In this document: positions 27,149 to 37,490 of the stretch, one piece after another
Layout of the letters: each line of letters opens with the position of its first letter
How positions within the stretch are numbered: the stretch's first letter is position 1
Origin: Deltaproteobacteria bacterium
GTDB lineage: Bacteria > Desulfobacterota > GWC2-55-46 > DRQE01
Assembly: GCA_023134165.1 (NCBI GenBank)
Contig: JAGLUZ010000017.1
Location: 1 to 42,407, forward strand
Direction: 5' to 3'
DNA: 42,407 nucleotides
The notes under the pieces: generated by a model
The model's database searches: none
What the model saw: only the letters and a program-made list of their open reading frames with translations
What the model was told of the DNA's origin: nothing
Made by a program: the position numbers and the translations under genes

Positions 27149-28387
27149 TTAAGGAGCTAGAATATTTAATTTTCCTTTAGAGGTAATAAAACTTAGCACG
27201 CCGCCGTGAGTTACAGCTCGTCCAAGAAATGGCTCGTCAATCTTTAAGCTCCAAGCAAGTGAGCCGTCCTTTATATTAAATGCATGTACTTCGCCCTTAA
27301 ACTTTGTAAAAATATCCATCCCTTTTATTTTATCTTCCCTGTTTATAAAAACTACTGCGTCTTTGTCAGAGACAAGCAAGGAGCTGACTTTGATAGTTGC
27401 TTTTTCGTCCTTATTAATTATAGAACTCCAAAGTTCTTTGCCTGTTTTTTTATTAACCAGATATAACTTCTCACTCGTTGCGATTATTAATTTATCTCCG
27501 AGTAGACTAAAGTCAATAATACTATTTGGTTTAGAGAAAGTTCTAACCTCTTTTCCGCTTGCGGCTTCAAAGGACTTTAAAAAACCTGCGTCGTCTATTA
27601 GGTAGAGCAACTCAGCCTCAGAATCAAGGACAGGGGTTCTTCGCCTGTGATTTGTATCAATTGGTCTTTTTAGAATTTGATTTTTCCACTCTCTTGCACC
27701 GCTCTTTACATTGAGACTAAGAAGCGTACCATCTGAGAAAACATAATAAAGTGAATCACCCGAAAGAAGAAGCGAAGAGTTACTTTTCAGTAGTGAAGTT
27801 TTTAAGGAGGAATTTTTGTAAGACCAAATCTTTTTTCCTGTCTTTTTTTGAAGGTCGTAGATTCTTCCGTCTGTTGAGGCAACGTAAATATTTTTTTCAG
27901 CAATCAGAGGGGCGGAGATAACCTCAGAGAGAGTTTGAAAACTCCAAAGCTCTTTGCCTGTTTTTTTCTCTAAGCAATACAGGACTCCCCTGCTTGAGCC
28001 AACCAAGACAATCTTCTCTGAGAGGGTCGGAGCACCATTAATTACCGACCTTGCTTTGAAGCTCCAAAGTTTCTCGCCAGTTGAAATTTTAGTAGCACTA
28101 AATTTGTTCGTTCCGAGGCTTGTGTATAAAACGCCCTTCTCAATAATTGGCGTTGCATTTATCTCTTCTGGAGCATTAAAAAAAGGTGCAAGATTATACT
28201 CACTTCTAATGGTTGGCGCTTTTTGAAAAATTACCGTAGATTTATTTGTTCTTTTATTATCACCAAGATAGGTACTCCAGCTTGGCCCTTCCTTTATGGT
28301 AATGACCTGTGAGCAAGATGATAGGCATAGAGATAGAATAATTAGAGCTGATTTAGTGAAAAGTTTTTTTGAGTAACCTTGAAGCAT
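27149..28387 (-). CDS. bamB: PQQ-like beta-propeller lipoprotein (BamB-like)
   Basis: Lipobox LSS-C; repeated G(K/E)xxWS(F/Y) blades; about 400 aa. Confidence 0.55.
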   Translation of the reverse strand: MLQGYSKKLFTKSALIILSLCLSSCSQVITIKEGPSWSTYLGDNKRTNKSTVIFQKAPTIRSEYNLAPFFNAPEEINATPIIEKGVLYTSLGTNKFSATKISTGEKLWSFKARSVINGAPTLSEKIVLVGSSRGVLYCLEKKTGKELWSFQTLSEVISAPLIAEKNIYVASTDGRIYDLQKKTGKKIWSYKNSSLKTSLLKSNSSLLLSGDSLYYVFSDGTLLSLNVKSGAREWKNQILKRPIDTNHRRRTPVLDSEAELLYLIDDAGFLKSFEAASGKEVRTFSKPNSIIDFSLLGDKLIIATSEKLYLVNKKTGKELWSSIINKDEKATIKVSSLLVSDKDAVVFINREDKIKGMDIFTKFKGEVHAFNIKDGSLAWSLKIDEPFLGRAVTHGGVLSFITSKGKLNILAP

Positions 28388-29009
28388 TTTCCCTCATTTC
28401 TTCGTATTTATTATTAGTTATACCTGCGCCGAGAACTATTTTTTTTGCAAGCTCTGGGGTTAGTAAATCACTTGGTGCGTGAGCATCACTATTTAGGATT
28501 AGACCAACACCTGTTTTTTCTGCAATTTTAGCAACGTGTCCGTTTGTATAGTTGTGACCAGAGCGAGCTGTTATTTCAAATAAAACAGAGTTCTCTTTAG
28601 CAACTCTTGCACACTCTTCAGTTACAAGCCCGGGATGAGCAAGGATATCAACGCCGGCAGAAACAGCCGCCATATTTGTTCCCTCGGCAACGGGCTCAAC
28701 AATTGACTCACCATGACAAACTACGATTTGAGCCCCAAGGGAGCGGGCAATTTTTACGAGAGAGCCTATGCGTGCAGGCTGAACATGCGTAAGCTCGACG
28801 CCTGCAAGGATGCGAAGCCCGTTGTCATTTGGAAACTCACTCGTAAAGTTGAGTAATTTTTCAATCACACTCTCTATATTTGACGAATCAACGTGGTCTG
28901 TTATGGCAAGCCCTGAGTAGCCAGCGTCCTTGGCTCTTGCGGCCAGTTCCGAAGGCACGAGAACACCGTCAGACAAAAGTGTATGGGTATGAAGATCTAT
29001 AATTGACAT
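28353..29009 (-). CDS. PHP-family metal-dependent phosphoesterase
   Basis: IDLHTHTLLSDG N-terminal His motif; ITDH, HG, SDAH metal ligands. The 3' end overlaps the BamB-like start by 35 nt. Confidence 0.7.
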   Translation of the reverse strand: MSIIDLHTHTLLSDGVLVPSELAARAKDAGYSGLAITDHVDSSNIESVIEKLLNFTSEFPNDNGLRILAGVELTHVQPARIGSLVKIARSLGAQIVVCHGESIVEPVAEGTNMAAVSAGVDILAHPGLVTEECARVAKENSVLFEITARSGHNYTNGHVAKIAEKTGVGLILNSDAHAPSDLLTPELAKKIVLGAGITNNKYEEMRENASRLLKKTFH

Positions 29010-29028
29010 TTTTTTTAGATGAAGAAAT

Positions 29029-30825
29029 TTAAATATCCGGTGTCTTAATCTTTGGCCCTTTAAAGACAGTAATCTTATCTAGCAAAAGCTTTATCGTATC
29101 AGGTGCGCTAATTTTATTTTCCCCGTCAAGGTTAAATATTGCTTCGTCCTCATTGATACTTAGAATCCTACTATCATCAACACTTGGAGACTCACCCTTA
29201 TGCACGTAAACAACTGGAACTTTTCTTCGCCTTAAGACCTCGTCCCTTAGATGTGCAACATCTTCAAGGGCACCTCGCTTGAGATCCTTCAAACCGAGAG
29301 CTCGACTGCTACCCTCATTAGAGGTTGGAAGATTTCCATCTTCAGAGATTAAGACTGAACCACCAACATTCATCTCTGCCCCGGCTTCGCTCCACTCATC
29401 ACTCTCATCAGATTTTTTATCACCTACACCCCACTCTGGTTTTTCACCTTCTACTTCAACACCATCATCCTCTTGGTTGCCACCACCTTCAGGGTCTTGC
29501 TCCTCTTCATGAATGTCATCCAGAGTGAGCTCAAGGGCGGCTCCTGTGGCCTGATCCCAGAGTAAGACAATCCCTATTAGGTTTGAGGAAAGTGCCGTTA
29601 TAAGTGGCGTTAACTCAACTGCCGTTGGGACGTAGAAAATTGCAATATCCATATCCCCGTAAAGCGAGAGCCGACACATCTCGCCGAGTTGTGCAAGCCC
29701 ACTATTTTTAACTGTAAAATCCGGTAACTCCGAACATTCATGGATAAAATTCTCAATCAAACTATCTTTTGTAGAGACCAAGAATATCTTTCCTGCATCG
29801 ATATTACGCATGTCGTGCCAATTATCAAGTGCACTCTCTTTTACTTTTATGGCCTCAATTGCAGTTATAAAATCAGCGTAGTTTATCTCGCTTTGGACAT
29901 CCTCTGTTACCTCTAAAATCTTTTTATCAATAAGCCCCCTGATTGCCTCGTAGGTATCAAGGTCTGTTGAATGACACCTGTCAACAAGCTCACCAACTCG
30001 CGGGTGGTAATCTAGGAGTGTTATTATTTCATAAATAAGAGGTTTTAGCCCTTTGGGTAGGGAGGACTGTTCAACCGTTAGCTTTAGATGCTTATCCACA
30101 TGTGGAAAACGCCTCTTGCCTTTTTCAAACTCATCCAGCTGACGCATACCCTCCATAAGGAGATTCCCGGTTGGAGTATCAATTTTTTGAGGAATAGTTA
30201 CCGTACTTTGAGTAAATTCAAAGTCTCCGTCTGGCCAAGTGAATATTCTATAGAGTGCTTTTTCACTCTCAATCTCACCTATAAAGGCATTAAAGACTTG
30301 TCCGCCTTTCATAACAATTGTTGCTTTGTCCTCACCTGAGATAATATTAAGTTTACCTTCTTTTTGATTAAAGTGGAGCATCTGTAGAATATCAACAAGG
30401 GAGACCTGAGAGAGTTGCCCTGATATTTCTTTCTTTGACTCTATTGTCTCACCACCACCAGAGAATAAAAGAGAGCGACGGATATTTGCATAAAGCTCCT
30501 CCAAGTTAAAGGGGCGAGTTAAGAACCTGTCGGCCTCAACCTTAAAGCCGTAAATGTCCTTGGCAGTCTCGGAGAAAAGAATAAAAGGAATCTTTTCAGT
30601 TGAGGCGTTTCCGCGAAGTGCTTTAAGGAGGGCTTGCCCGTCAGTGCCATCAAGCTCAAGGTCAGCTAGAATCATTGATGGAATTTTCTCAAGCGAGAGC
30701 TCCATGGCCTCTGTGCCGTCTTTTGCAATAAGCGTCTTTAACCCTCTGGTTGATAAAAACTTTGATATCTTTTCAGTATCATCAGGGTCGTTAAAGGCTA
30801 GTACTATTAATTGTTCTTCCTGCAT
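29029..30825 (-). CDS. REC - DUF4388/PATAN - degenerate NTPase-like domain protein with acidic insert
   Basis: Receiver (acidic pocket NDPDD, phospho-Asp ILADLELDG, but TRPF instead of KP). DUF4388 pattern LSQVSLVDILQMLHFNQKEGKLNI...GGQVFNA...ALYRIFTWPDGDFEF. The C-terminal half is described in the findings. Confidence 0.65.
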   Translation of the reverse strand: MQEEQLIVLAFNDPDDTEKISKFLSTRGLKTLIAKDGTEAMELSLEKIPSMILADLELDGTDGQALLKALRGNASTEKIPFILFSETAKDIYGFKVEADRFLTRPFNLEELYANIRRSLLFSGGGETIESKKEISGQLSQVSLVDILQMLHFNQKEGKLNIISGEDKATIVMKGGQVFNAFIGEIESEKALYRIFTWPDGDFEFTQSTVTIPQKIDTPTGNLLMEGMRQLDEFEKGKRRFPHVDKHLKLTVEQSSLPKGLKPLIYEIITLLDYHPRVGELVDRCHSTDLDTYEAIRGLIDKKILEVTEDVQSEINYADFITAIEAIKVKESALDNWHDMRNIDAGKIFLVSTKDSLIENFIHECSELPDFTVKNSGLAQLGEMCRLSLYGDMDIAIFYVPTAVELTPLITALSSNLIGIVLLWDQATGAALELTLDDIHEEEQDPEGGGNQEDDGVEVEGEKPEWGVGDKKSDESDEWSEAGAEMNVGGSVLISEDGNLPTSNEGSSRALGLKDLKRGALEDVAHLRDEVLRRRKVPVVYVHKGESPSVDDSRILSINEDEAIFNLDGENKISAPDTIKLLLDKITVFKGPKIKTPDI

Positions 30826-31817
30826 TAGAGTTGCTCCTGCAAGTGAAAGTCTCTTTGAAGTTTTGTAATTAAACCCTCAACAACATACGGGTCAGAGGTA
30901 TGAAAACACATGAGTGATCCGCCCCAGGCCTCTTTTGTGATCATGGCGTAGGCTGAATCCTCACTTAAGAAAAACATAAAGCTACCAACTGATAACCTAT
31001 CATCACTCAGGGCAATTGTAGTTGCATTTTTAAAATCAAAATCAGGTTGAGCGCCCTCGCCTACAATAAATATCTTTGTCTCGGTTCTCTTCTTTAACTC
31101 TGTTAGTGATTTTTTAAATGGGAGTTCGTCCGTTATATTTTTTGTACCAAAGTAAAGAATGCCACGTTTTTTTGGCGTCCTCTCAATCTCATTTATGATG
31201 ACTTCATTTATTCTCTTTAAAAAAGATTCGTGAATATTTGCGTGCTGACCAACATCAAAACTTGCGAAGTCCAAGCCATCAAGACCACCTTCGGTAACCT
31301 TGGCAATGACCTCCCAGAAGAGCTTATTCTTAAGGCCCATATTTTCCCACGGAGATAACTGAACCGCTGACATCCTCTCTCTTGCGACTTTAACAAGGCC
31401 CTCAAAACTATCAGCGTCTTTTAGAAAGGTTGCCTGAGTGACAAGGACAGATGCAAAGGGAGCACCCCTTGAGGTGAATGGCTCAAGAGCTCTTGTTATT
31501 TTTTTTACAGTAATGAGGGAGCCAAAGTAATCGGTCTGCGGGAGGATTACAACAAGCCTTTCATCATCTAAAAGCCCTGGAACATCATAATTCCTAAGTG
31601 CATCAACAATATTTGGAGCAACGGTGCGGAAGAAATCTTCGACGCGTTTTTTTTCTGGAGAGTTTTCCCCATTATCAAATGAAACAACATGGATTAGGAT
31701 TATTGAATACGCAGAGCCATACCTTGCACTCCTGGCACTCTCTAAAGCACCAAACTTGGAGACAAAAAAGGAATCAAAGAAACGAGTATCAAAAAGCAAT
31801 TTAGAGTCTTCTGTCAT
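30825..31817 (-). CDS. hypothetical protein with degenerate GGDEF-like N-terminal domain
   Basis: YSIILIHVVSFDN...RNYDVPGLLDDERLVVILPQTD aligns to the GGDEF fold, but GG(D/E)EF is replaced by DDERL. Its stop overlaps the next start (TAATG). Confidence 0.3.
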   Translation of the reverse strand: MTEDSKLLFDTRFFDSFFVSKFGALESARSARYGSAYSIILIHVVSFDNGENSPEKKRVEDFFRTVAPNIVDALRNYDVPGLLDDERLVVILPQTDYFGSLITVKKITRALEPFTSRGAPFASVLVTQATFLKDADSFEGLVKVARERMSAVQLSPWENMGLKNKLFWEVIAKVTEGGLDGLDFASFDVGQHANIHESFLKRINEVIINEIERTPKKRGILYFGTKNITDELPFKKSLTELKKRTETKIFIVGEGAQPDFDFKNATTIALSDDRLSVGSFMFFLSEDSAYAMITKEAWGGSLMCFHTSDPYVVEGLITKLQRDFHLQEQL

Positions 31818-31918
31818 TTTATAATGTTTTATTTTTTTTAAGGTAGTAAATTTGTTAAAAAAATTTGCGACCTTATTTTTATAATTTATTTTTTTAAATT
31901 TAGAAGTTTAAAGATTTT

Positions 31919-32416
31919 CTACATCTTATACTTTCCAAAGTCCTCTGGCGAGAAGTCATCAAGCTTGCTTGTAAAATCTGCATTTGAGACGCCTTTACTA
32001 TCAAGCCCTTTGGGCAGTTCAATCTCTTTACTCTTTTCAAGTACAAGAGAGTCTACGAAAATCTGAGTCTTTGCACGAAGAGCAAGTGCGATTGCATCAC
32101 TTGGCCTTGCATCAACGGTGAAGGTCTCAGAGCCATCACTCATAAATATCTTAGCATAGTACACACTCTCTACTAAGTCTGTAAGCTCCACTCGCTCTAC
32201 CTTTACCTCCATTTTTTTTAGGATGTTATGGAGAAGGTCATGGGTCATTGGTCTTGAGAATTCCATCTTCTCAAGCTCGGAGGCAATTGCACTTGCCTCC
32301 ATAATTCCAATCCAGATTGGAAGCGTATTCTTCTCTTCCTTATCTTTTAAGATTATAATTGGAGCATTTGTAAAAGGATCAATTGTAAGTCCAACAACGT
32401 TCATCTTAATTAACAT
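31919..32416 (-). CDS. bifunctional nuclease (BFN/DUF151) family protein
   Basis: PIWIGIMEASAIA...MTHDL...ARPSDAIALALR motifs; overlaps the miaB stop by 7 nt. Confidence 0.75.
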   Translation of the reverse strand: MLIKMNVVGLTIDPFTNAPIIILKDKEEKNTLPIWIGIMEASAIASELEKMEFSRPMTHDLLHNILKKMEVKVERVELTDLVESVYYAKIFMSDGSETFTVDARPSDAIALALRAKTQIFVDSLVLEKSKEIELPKGLDSKGVSNADFTSKLDDFSPEDFGKYKM

Positions 32417-33786
32417 GGCTGGCTCCTTTCAACGGCTTTTCCTCTAAGTGAGTTTTTACATGCCTCGGTAACGAGAATTCCCTTAAAAACGCCTGCTTCA
32501 AAAAAAGTTGCGTCACTTGGTTTTGGAAAATTTATAACCCTATTGCACTCTGTCCTACCTGATAAAAACTCAGAGCTGACCTTGCTTCTGCCCTCAATTA
32601 AGACCTCTACGACTGAGCCAACAAGGGCATGGTTTTTCTCTGCTGTTATCTCTTTCTGTAAACTTTGAAGTCTCTCTAGTCTTTCCTTTTTAACATCCTC
32701 TGGCACTTGATCTGCAAATTCTGTAGCCTTTGTACCTGGCCTTTGTGAGTACTTAAATGAAAAGACTGATTCAAAAGACGCCTCTTTTACAATGGATAGG
32801 GTCTTAGAAAAATCTTCTTCTGTCTCACCTGGAAAACCAACTATAATATCCGAGGTGAGGGATAAATCTGGGTACAAGGTGCGAAGTTTATTAATCGTAG
32901 TCATATACTCTTTGCTCTTGTATCCCCTGCCCATGGCCTCTAGAACTTTGTCAGAGCCAGACTGAAGGGGCAGGTGCAAATGTCTTGCAAGTTTATCCTC
33001 AGAGCCAAAGAGCATTATAAGTTCATCAGAGATGTCCTTTGGGTGTGAGGTTACAAAACGCACCCTACCAATGCCACGAACATTACATATTTTTTTTAAA
33101 AGTTCTGTAAATGAAATTTTTTCACTAATTTTATTAATCCCCGCATAGGAATTAACATTTTGACCAAGTAGCATTAATTCTTTTATCCCTTTTTTAGCTA
33201 GCCCCTCTACGTCGCCAAGTATTGACTCCGGGCTTCGGCTCTCTTCACTGCCACGAACGTAAGGGACAATACAGTAGGTGCAATAATTATCACAACCACG
33301 CATGATGCTAAGTGTTGCCTTTACAACCCCTTTTGAATTGGTAAAGCCTTCAATTAGGGTAGAATTAAATTCCTCGTCATCTTCTATTGGTGCTTGCCCT
33401 GTAAATGTTCGGCGTATTTTTGTTCTTTTATAGTCCTCAATAATTGACTGTAATTTGTGTATATTTTTTGTACCTATAATTAGGTCTACAAATTGGAGTC
33501 GTTTTAAAAGATTACTTGCAACTTGTTCGGCTACACATCCGCAGATTCCAATTACTAGCTCTGGATTATTTTTTTTAAAAGCCTTATATCTACCAATAGT
33601 GCTGTAGAGCTTGTGCTCAGCCTTATCCCTTACACTACAGGTATTTATTAATATCAGGTCAGCCTCAACTGCAGTTTCTACCGTAACGTAGCCAGCGTTC
33701 CCTAAAGAGAGTAAGATTTTCTCTGTATCATTGGCATTCATTTGACAACCAAAGGTCTCAATAAAAAGGTTCTTCTTTGAATCCAT
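32410..33786 (-). CDS. miaB: tRNA-i6A37 methylthiotransferase
   Basis: UPF0004 N-terminal domain (FIETFGCQMNANDTE), radical SAM CDNYCTYC, TRAM C-terminal domain. Confidence 0.93.
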   Translation of the reverse strand: MDSKKNLFIETFGCQMNANDTEKILLSLGNAGYVTVETAVEADLILINTCSVRDKAEHKLYSTIGRYKAFKKNNPELVIGICGCVAEQVASNLLKRLQFVDLIIGTKNIHKLQSIIEDYKRTKIRRTFTGQAPIEDDEEFNSTLIEGFTNSKGVVKATLSIMRGCDNYCTYCIVPYVRGSEESRSPESILGDVEGLAKKGIKELMLLGQNVNSYAGINKISEKISFTELLKKICNVRGIGRVRFVTSHPKDISDELIMLFGSEDKLARHLHLPLQSGSDKVLEAMGRGYKSKEYMTTINKLRTLYPDLSLTSDIIVGFPGETEEDFSKTLSIVKEASFESVFSFKYSQRPGTKATEFADQVPEDVKKERLERLQSLQKEITAEKNHALVGSVVEVLIEGRSKVSSEFLSGRTECNRVINFPKPSDATFFEAGVFKGILVTEACKNSLRGKAVERSQPC

Positions 33787-33983
33787 TTAGTATTTTACGC
33801 CTTTAAAACTAATTAAGTCAAGTTGAAGTAAGGTGTTTTTTATGCTACTACAAAATATAATTTTAAAGAACTGAATCTTTTATTGGGGCGAGAACGTGGA
33901 GATGGATTTTGAATTTATTGAGTATAAATAGAGTATAGCATGAGAAGAATTACAAGAATACCAGTTTAAAGAAATAACTTAGG

Positions 33984-34601
33984 TTACCTGGCAAACCTGT
34001 CGTGCTCTTTTTTCTTAACCTTGGATGCCCAAGGGCTAGCATCTGGATGTTTTGCAGATATTTTTCTGGCAACTTTATTTGCAGAAGAAGCAGTTGAGAA
34101 AAAACCAACACGTACCCTATACCACTTTACACCCTTTACAGTTGCCGCAGCAACGTAGGTAAGGTGTCCGTCAGCTTTAAGGTTTTTCACCATGCCACCG
34201 GCCTCTTTCTTTGACCTGAAAGATGCAATATTTAGGACGTACGGCTTAAAACCAACTGATTTTGCAGGCTTTTTTGTGACCTTAACAGGTGTTTTTTTAA
34301 TTGGTTTTGGTTTCTTTACGATTGCTTTTTTAGGTGTTGGAGCTGGCTTTGAGATAACCTCTTCCTCAACCAGCTCGTCCTCTAGGGAGGCCTTAACAAC
34401 CTTAATCGCAGGCTTTGTTGTGGTCTTCTTTGGATTTATCTTTATAGTTGCCGTGGCAATAGGTTTTGATGGGTCAAAGGAAACCTTCTCATCTTCTTGG
34501 CCACCGCCGCCGAGCAAGAAAAAATACGCAGCCGCAGCACCACCAATTAAAATTAGTAAGAATAGAAGTTTTTTACCATTTCCACTTTTACGAAGACCCA
34601 A
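33984..34601 (-). CDS. SPOR-domain (septal peptidoglycan-binding) membrane protein
   Basis: One TM (LLFLLILIGGAAAAYFFLL), Lys/Pro-rich linker, C-terminal SPOR (YVLNIASFRSKKEA...WYRVRVGFF). Start set at a TTG 6 nt after AAGGAGG; the tracked ATG at 34670 is the alternative. Confidence 0.75.
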   Translation of the reverse strand: MGLRKSGNGKKLLFLLILIGGAAAAYFFLLGGGGQEDEKVSFDPSKPIATATIKINPKKTTTKPAIKVVKASLEDELVEEEVISKPAPTPKKAIVKKPKPIKKTPVKVTKKPAKSVGFKPYVLNIASFRSKKEAGGMVKNLKADGHLTYVAAATVKGVKWYRVRVGFFSTASSANKVARKISAKHPDASPWASKVKKKEHDRFAR

Positions 34602-34709
34602 ATCCAACCTCCTTGCCACATACAACTTATATTTTTTTCTATTACAAAGTAAGATTATAATATGACACATGTTATGTCAATTAAAAAACCAAATCTAACT
34701 TAAAAAAAA

Positions 34710-37418
34710 CTACTTTACGTAGGTACAAACGCTCGCTGGTGAACGAGTGTCCATATTTTTTCCTCTATTTATGTGGTCATCAATCTCGGCGGCACACCCA
34801 ATCATTCTTCCAAAGAGGAAGGTCGTGAATGCGGCACTTTCAACCTCTTTATCGCCAATCTCACCGTTTATGAAAGGAGCCCAAACCATCTTTAAGAGTA
34901 TGACGGCGATTACTGCATCAACATTTACGCAGTAAACATTAGAGCTGACCTTTGTCTTATAGAGAGCGTTAACGAGCTTACCGTAAAAATCTAGGAAGAC
35001 GTTATAGATTTTTTTATTATCAAAGAGCTCACGAACGAATTGCTCGCGAGGGTCAAAGTTAACTGGTAGCCCCTTAAAGATAGGATGATTAATGCAAGGA
35101 ACCTTAGCATAATTCAGGTTGCCTTCAGCTTTTTGACTAACCTTATATGCCTTATACTCCTTGGCATAAGTTAGTGCAATCTTTTCAAGATCCTGAGCAC
35201 TTGATTTTTTAGATGGATCTTTTAGTCCAGACTTCTTAAAACGCTCAATTAAAAATGCAATAGCCTCATAGCCATTACCACCGTGAGCAAACCCAGTGTG
35301 GGTTAAAAACCCAATAAAGGCCTTATTGATTTGCACGCGGGATGGAACCTCTGGGCCGTCAGCACTGACGCCGCCCTTACTCCCCTGCGCTGAAATAGTC
35401 CCAGGCCCGTTTGTGATGATAAGGCCAAGTAGCATAGAGAACTCAAAGAGCTCGTCCTTGCTTGGGCGTCTTCCAAGGAGTGCTAAGAAAGAAGTCTCGG
35501 TAAATGACCAGCCAAGCAATTTCTCTGTTGTTACGCCAAAGAAAGCCCCACCTTCGTGGTTCTTTGAATCCACACTTGCCCCGACAAATGTCGAGAATAT
35601 GCGTGAATACCAAGGAAGAGAATTAATGGTTATCTGTGATATTTGATTACCAATTAGAGCCTCCCAACCAAGGGTTGTCCATATGGCAGAGATTACTGCA
35701 TCAGTGGAAGGATTTCCGCCTGTTGCTTTATCAATAAAATCAAGAAAGACAGAACATCCCTTAACTGAAGTAGCTTTCTTAAAGATAGCTACAGCAAGGT
35801 CATCGTCTTTTTTTGCACTTAGAGCCTTAATATCAGCCTTGGTAAGGGTCTTTACAAGCTTTGCGATATCAGCCTTATCTTCTGGTGATTTTAACCCTGA
35901 GGTCTCAAAGGCCTTAAATAAAATCTCTGAGGCCTTTAAAGCACCCTTTACCATTCCCTTTCCAACAACTGAAACAGCTCCTGAAAGAACGGTATTTGGT
36001 GAGTTTTCAGCGGCACGCGAGGCATCTGCGACAATAAGCTCGGCAGAGCCTTCGAGGTTTACTCCAGCATTTAGGGCAATATTAGCTAATTTTTTACCAT
36101 AAGCATTTGGGTATGACCCGATAAGTGAGAGAACAAGGTTTTCCTCAAGTGAGCGTTTTGAGGCGTCAAGGATGGACAGACCGTGAATCTTAGAGACCTG
36201 TGTCTTTGGATCCATCATCGAGACTCCACTTGCGTCCTTCAAGGTTTGACGTGGGAACTGAGCTCCAATTTGTTTCTCAACTAACTCAATCTGCTCACCA
36301 TAAGGGCTAACTGCCGTAACGGTCTTTACGTCCAGCGCCTTTGGTAACTTTACTCCTGCATTACTTGCAAACCAACATTTAAGGGACAAATCTCCCATTG
36401 GCTTAAAGTCAGGTTTTTTCTTATTAAGTGCCATTACCCTGGTTAGTGCCTCAGGTATGTGCGAAATATTAGTAACAACTGCACCTTTCTTTGAGAATAC
36501 AGGTTTTTCTGGGGTGTATATGGACTTTACACCAAAGTAGTCCATAAACCACTTTTCTTTTGCCTTTGCGTCGTCTCCGCTTCCAGCAAGACTTCCGGCA
36601 TGTCCGCAGGCCTTTGTAAGTTTTGCCTTCCAGCGACCAACAACGCACGCTACCATAGGTTTATTAATCGTTAGGTCACGCTCGTAATACCCGCCTGGCT
36701 CAACATACATCACAGAACATTCAGAGCGGTTGTCCTTATCCAAGGCACTTAAGAACTCGCGTGAGCCGTAATGGATATAAACATCCTTACCACTTGAGAC
36801 CGAGGTTGTTGTTCCCCAGCCCTCAGTTAGGAGGTAAACAGCAATGGTTGTTGTAAAGTTTCCTGAGTTTGAGAAGAGAGCAACTGTACCCTTAACAAGG
36901 CTCTCCTCTGGTTTACTTCCTCCAAGAGCTCCACCGATACGTACTTTATTCCAAGCATCTGCAACACCTAAGCAATTAGCACCAAAAACATCAACACCAT
37001 TTGTCTGGCATATTGCACGAATAGTGCGGGAATCACTGATAGATACTTTTTCAGTTAGGATTATAACCTTCTTAAGCTCTGGATTATGCTTTACAGCCTC
37101 TGCAACGCCGTCCTTTACGCCACTTGGAGGTAAATATATGACAGCTGTTGTGAATTTATGACCTGCGGCCATGCCCTCTTTTATAGAGTTATAGACTGGA
37201 ATTTTTCCAAGTTTTGTGGAGAGAGATTGTCCGCTCCTACCTGGGCTTGTTCCAAAGACTATATTACCACCTGAGAACTCGTGACTTGTCGGGGTAACGG
37301 TACGGCTCTCATTACCTGTAATATTTAAGACGCAAACTGTATCGTCCTTGGTTGCGATATCTTTTAAGGATTTTACCCCTACATAATACGGGAAGTTTTT
37401 TACACCTTCTTTATGCAT
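34710..37418 (-). CDS. aclA: ATP-citrate lyase alpha-like subunit, long form (SucD-like CoA ligase + about 300-aa insert + citrate-synthase-like domain)
   Basis: CoA-binding/ligase region with phospho-His loop ACGHAGSLAG. C-terminal citryl-CoA-lyase/citrate-synthase-like region (GFAHGGNGYE, CINHPIFKG, VDAVIAVIL). 902 aa. Confidence 0.7.
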   Translation of the reverse strand: MHKEGVKNFPYYVGVKSLKDIATKDDTVCVLNITGNESRTVTPTSHEFSGGNIVFGTSPGRSGQSLSTKLGKIPVYNSIKEGMAAGHKFTTAVIYLPPSGVKDGVAEAVKHNPELKKVIILTEKVSISDSRTIRAICQTNGVDVFGANCLGVADAWNKVRIGGALGGSKPEESLVKGTVALFSNSGNFTTTIAVYLLTEGWGTTTSVSSGKDVYIHYGSREFLSALDKDNRSECSVMYVEPGGYYERDLTINKPMVACVVGRWKAKLTKACGHAGSLAGSGDDAKAKEKWFMDYFGVKSIYTPEKPVFSKKGAVVTNISHIPEALTRVMALNKKKPDFKPMGDLSLKCWFASNAGVKLPKALDVKTVTAVSPYGEQIELVEKQIGAQFPRQTLKDASGVSMMDPKTQVSKIHGLSILDASKRSLEENLVLSLIGSYPNAYGKKLANIALNAGVNLEGSAELIVADASRAAENSPNTVLSGAVSVVGKGMVKGALKASEILFKAFETSGLKSPEDKADIAKLVKTLTKADIKALSAKKDDDLAVAIFKKATSVKGCSVFLDFIDKATGGNPSTDAVISAIWTTLGWEALIGNQISQITINSLPWYSRIFSTFVGASVDSKNHEGGAFFGVTTEKLLGWSFTETSFLALLGRRPSKDELFEFSMLLGLIITNGPGTISAQGSKGGVSADGPEVPSRVQINKAFIGFLTHTGFAHGGNGYEAIAFLIERFKKSGLKDPSKKSSAQDLEKIALTYAKEYKAYKVSQKAEGNLNYAKVPCINHPIFKGLPVNFDPREQFVRELFDNKKIYNVFLDFYGKLVNALYKTKVSSNVYCVNVDAVIAVILLKMVWAPFINGEIGDKEVESAAFTTFLFGRMIGCAAEIDDHINRGKNMDTRSPASVCTYVK

Positions 37419-37490
37419 ATTCCTAGCCTCTCATGGTTTTTTATATTTTTAGGTTAGATGTATTTTATATAACTATAACTTTTTTCTCTA

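Noticed and set aside
29305-29523. Acidic low-complexity stretch considered as a possible frameshift or assembly artefact
   Set aside because: The reading frame is continuous and both flanks belong to the same predicted domain. It is interpreted as a disordered insert instead.
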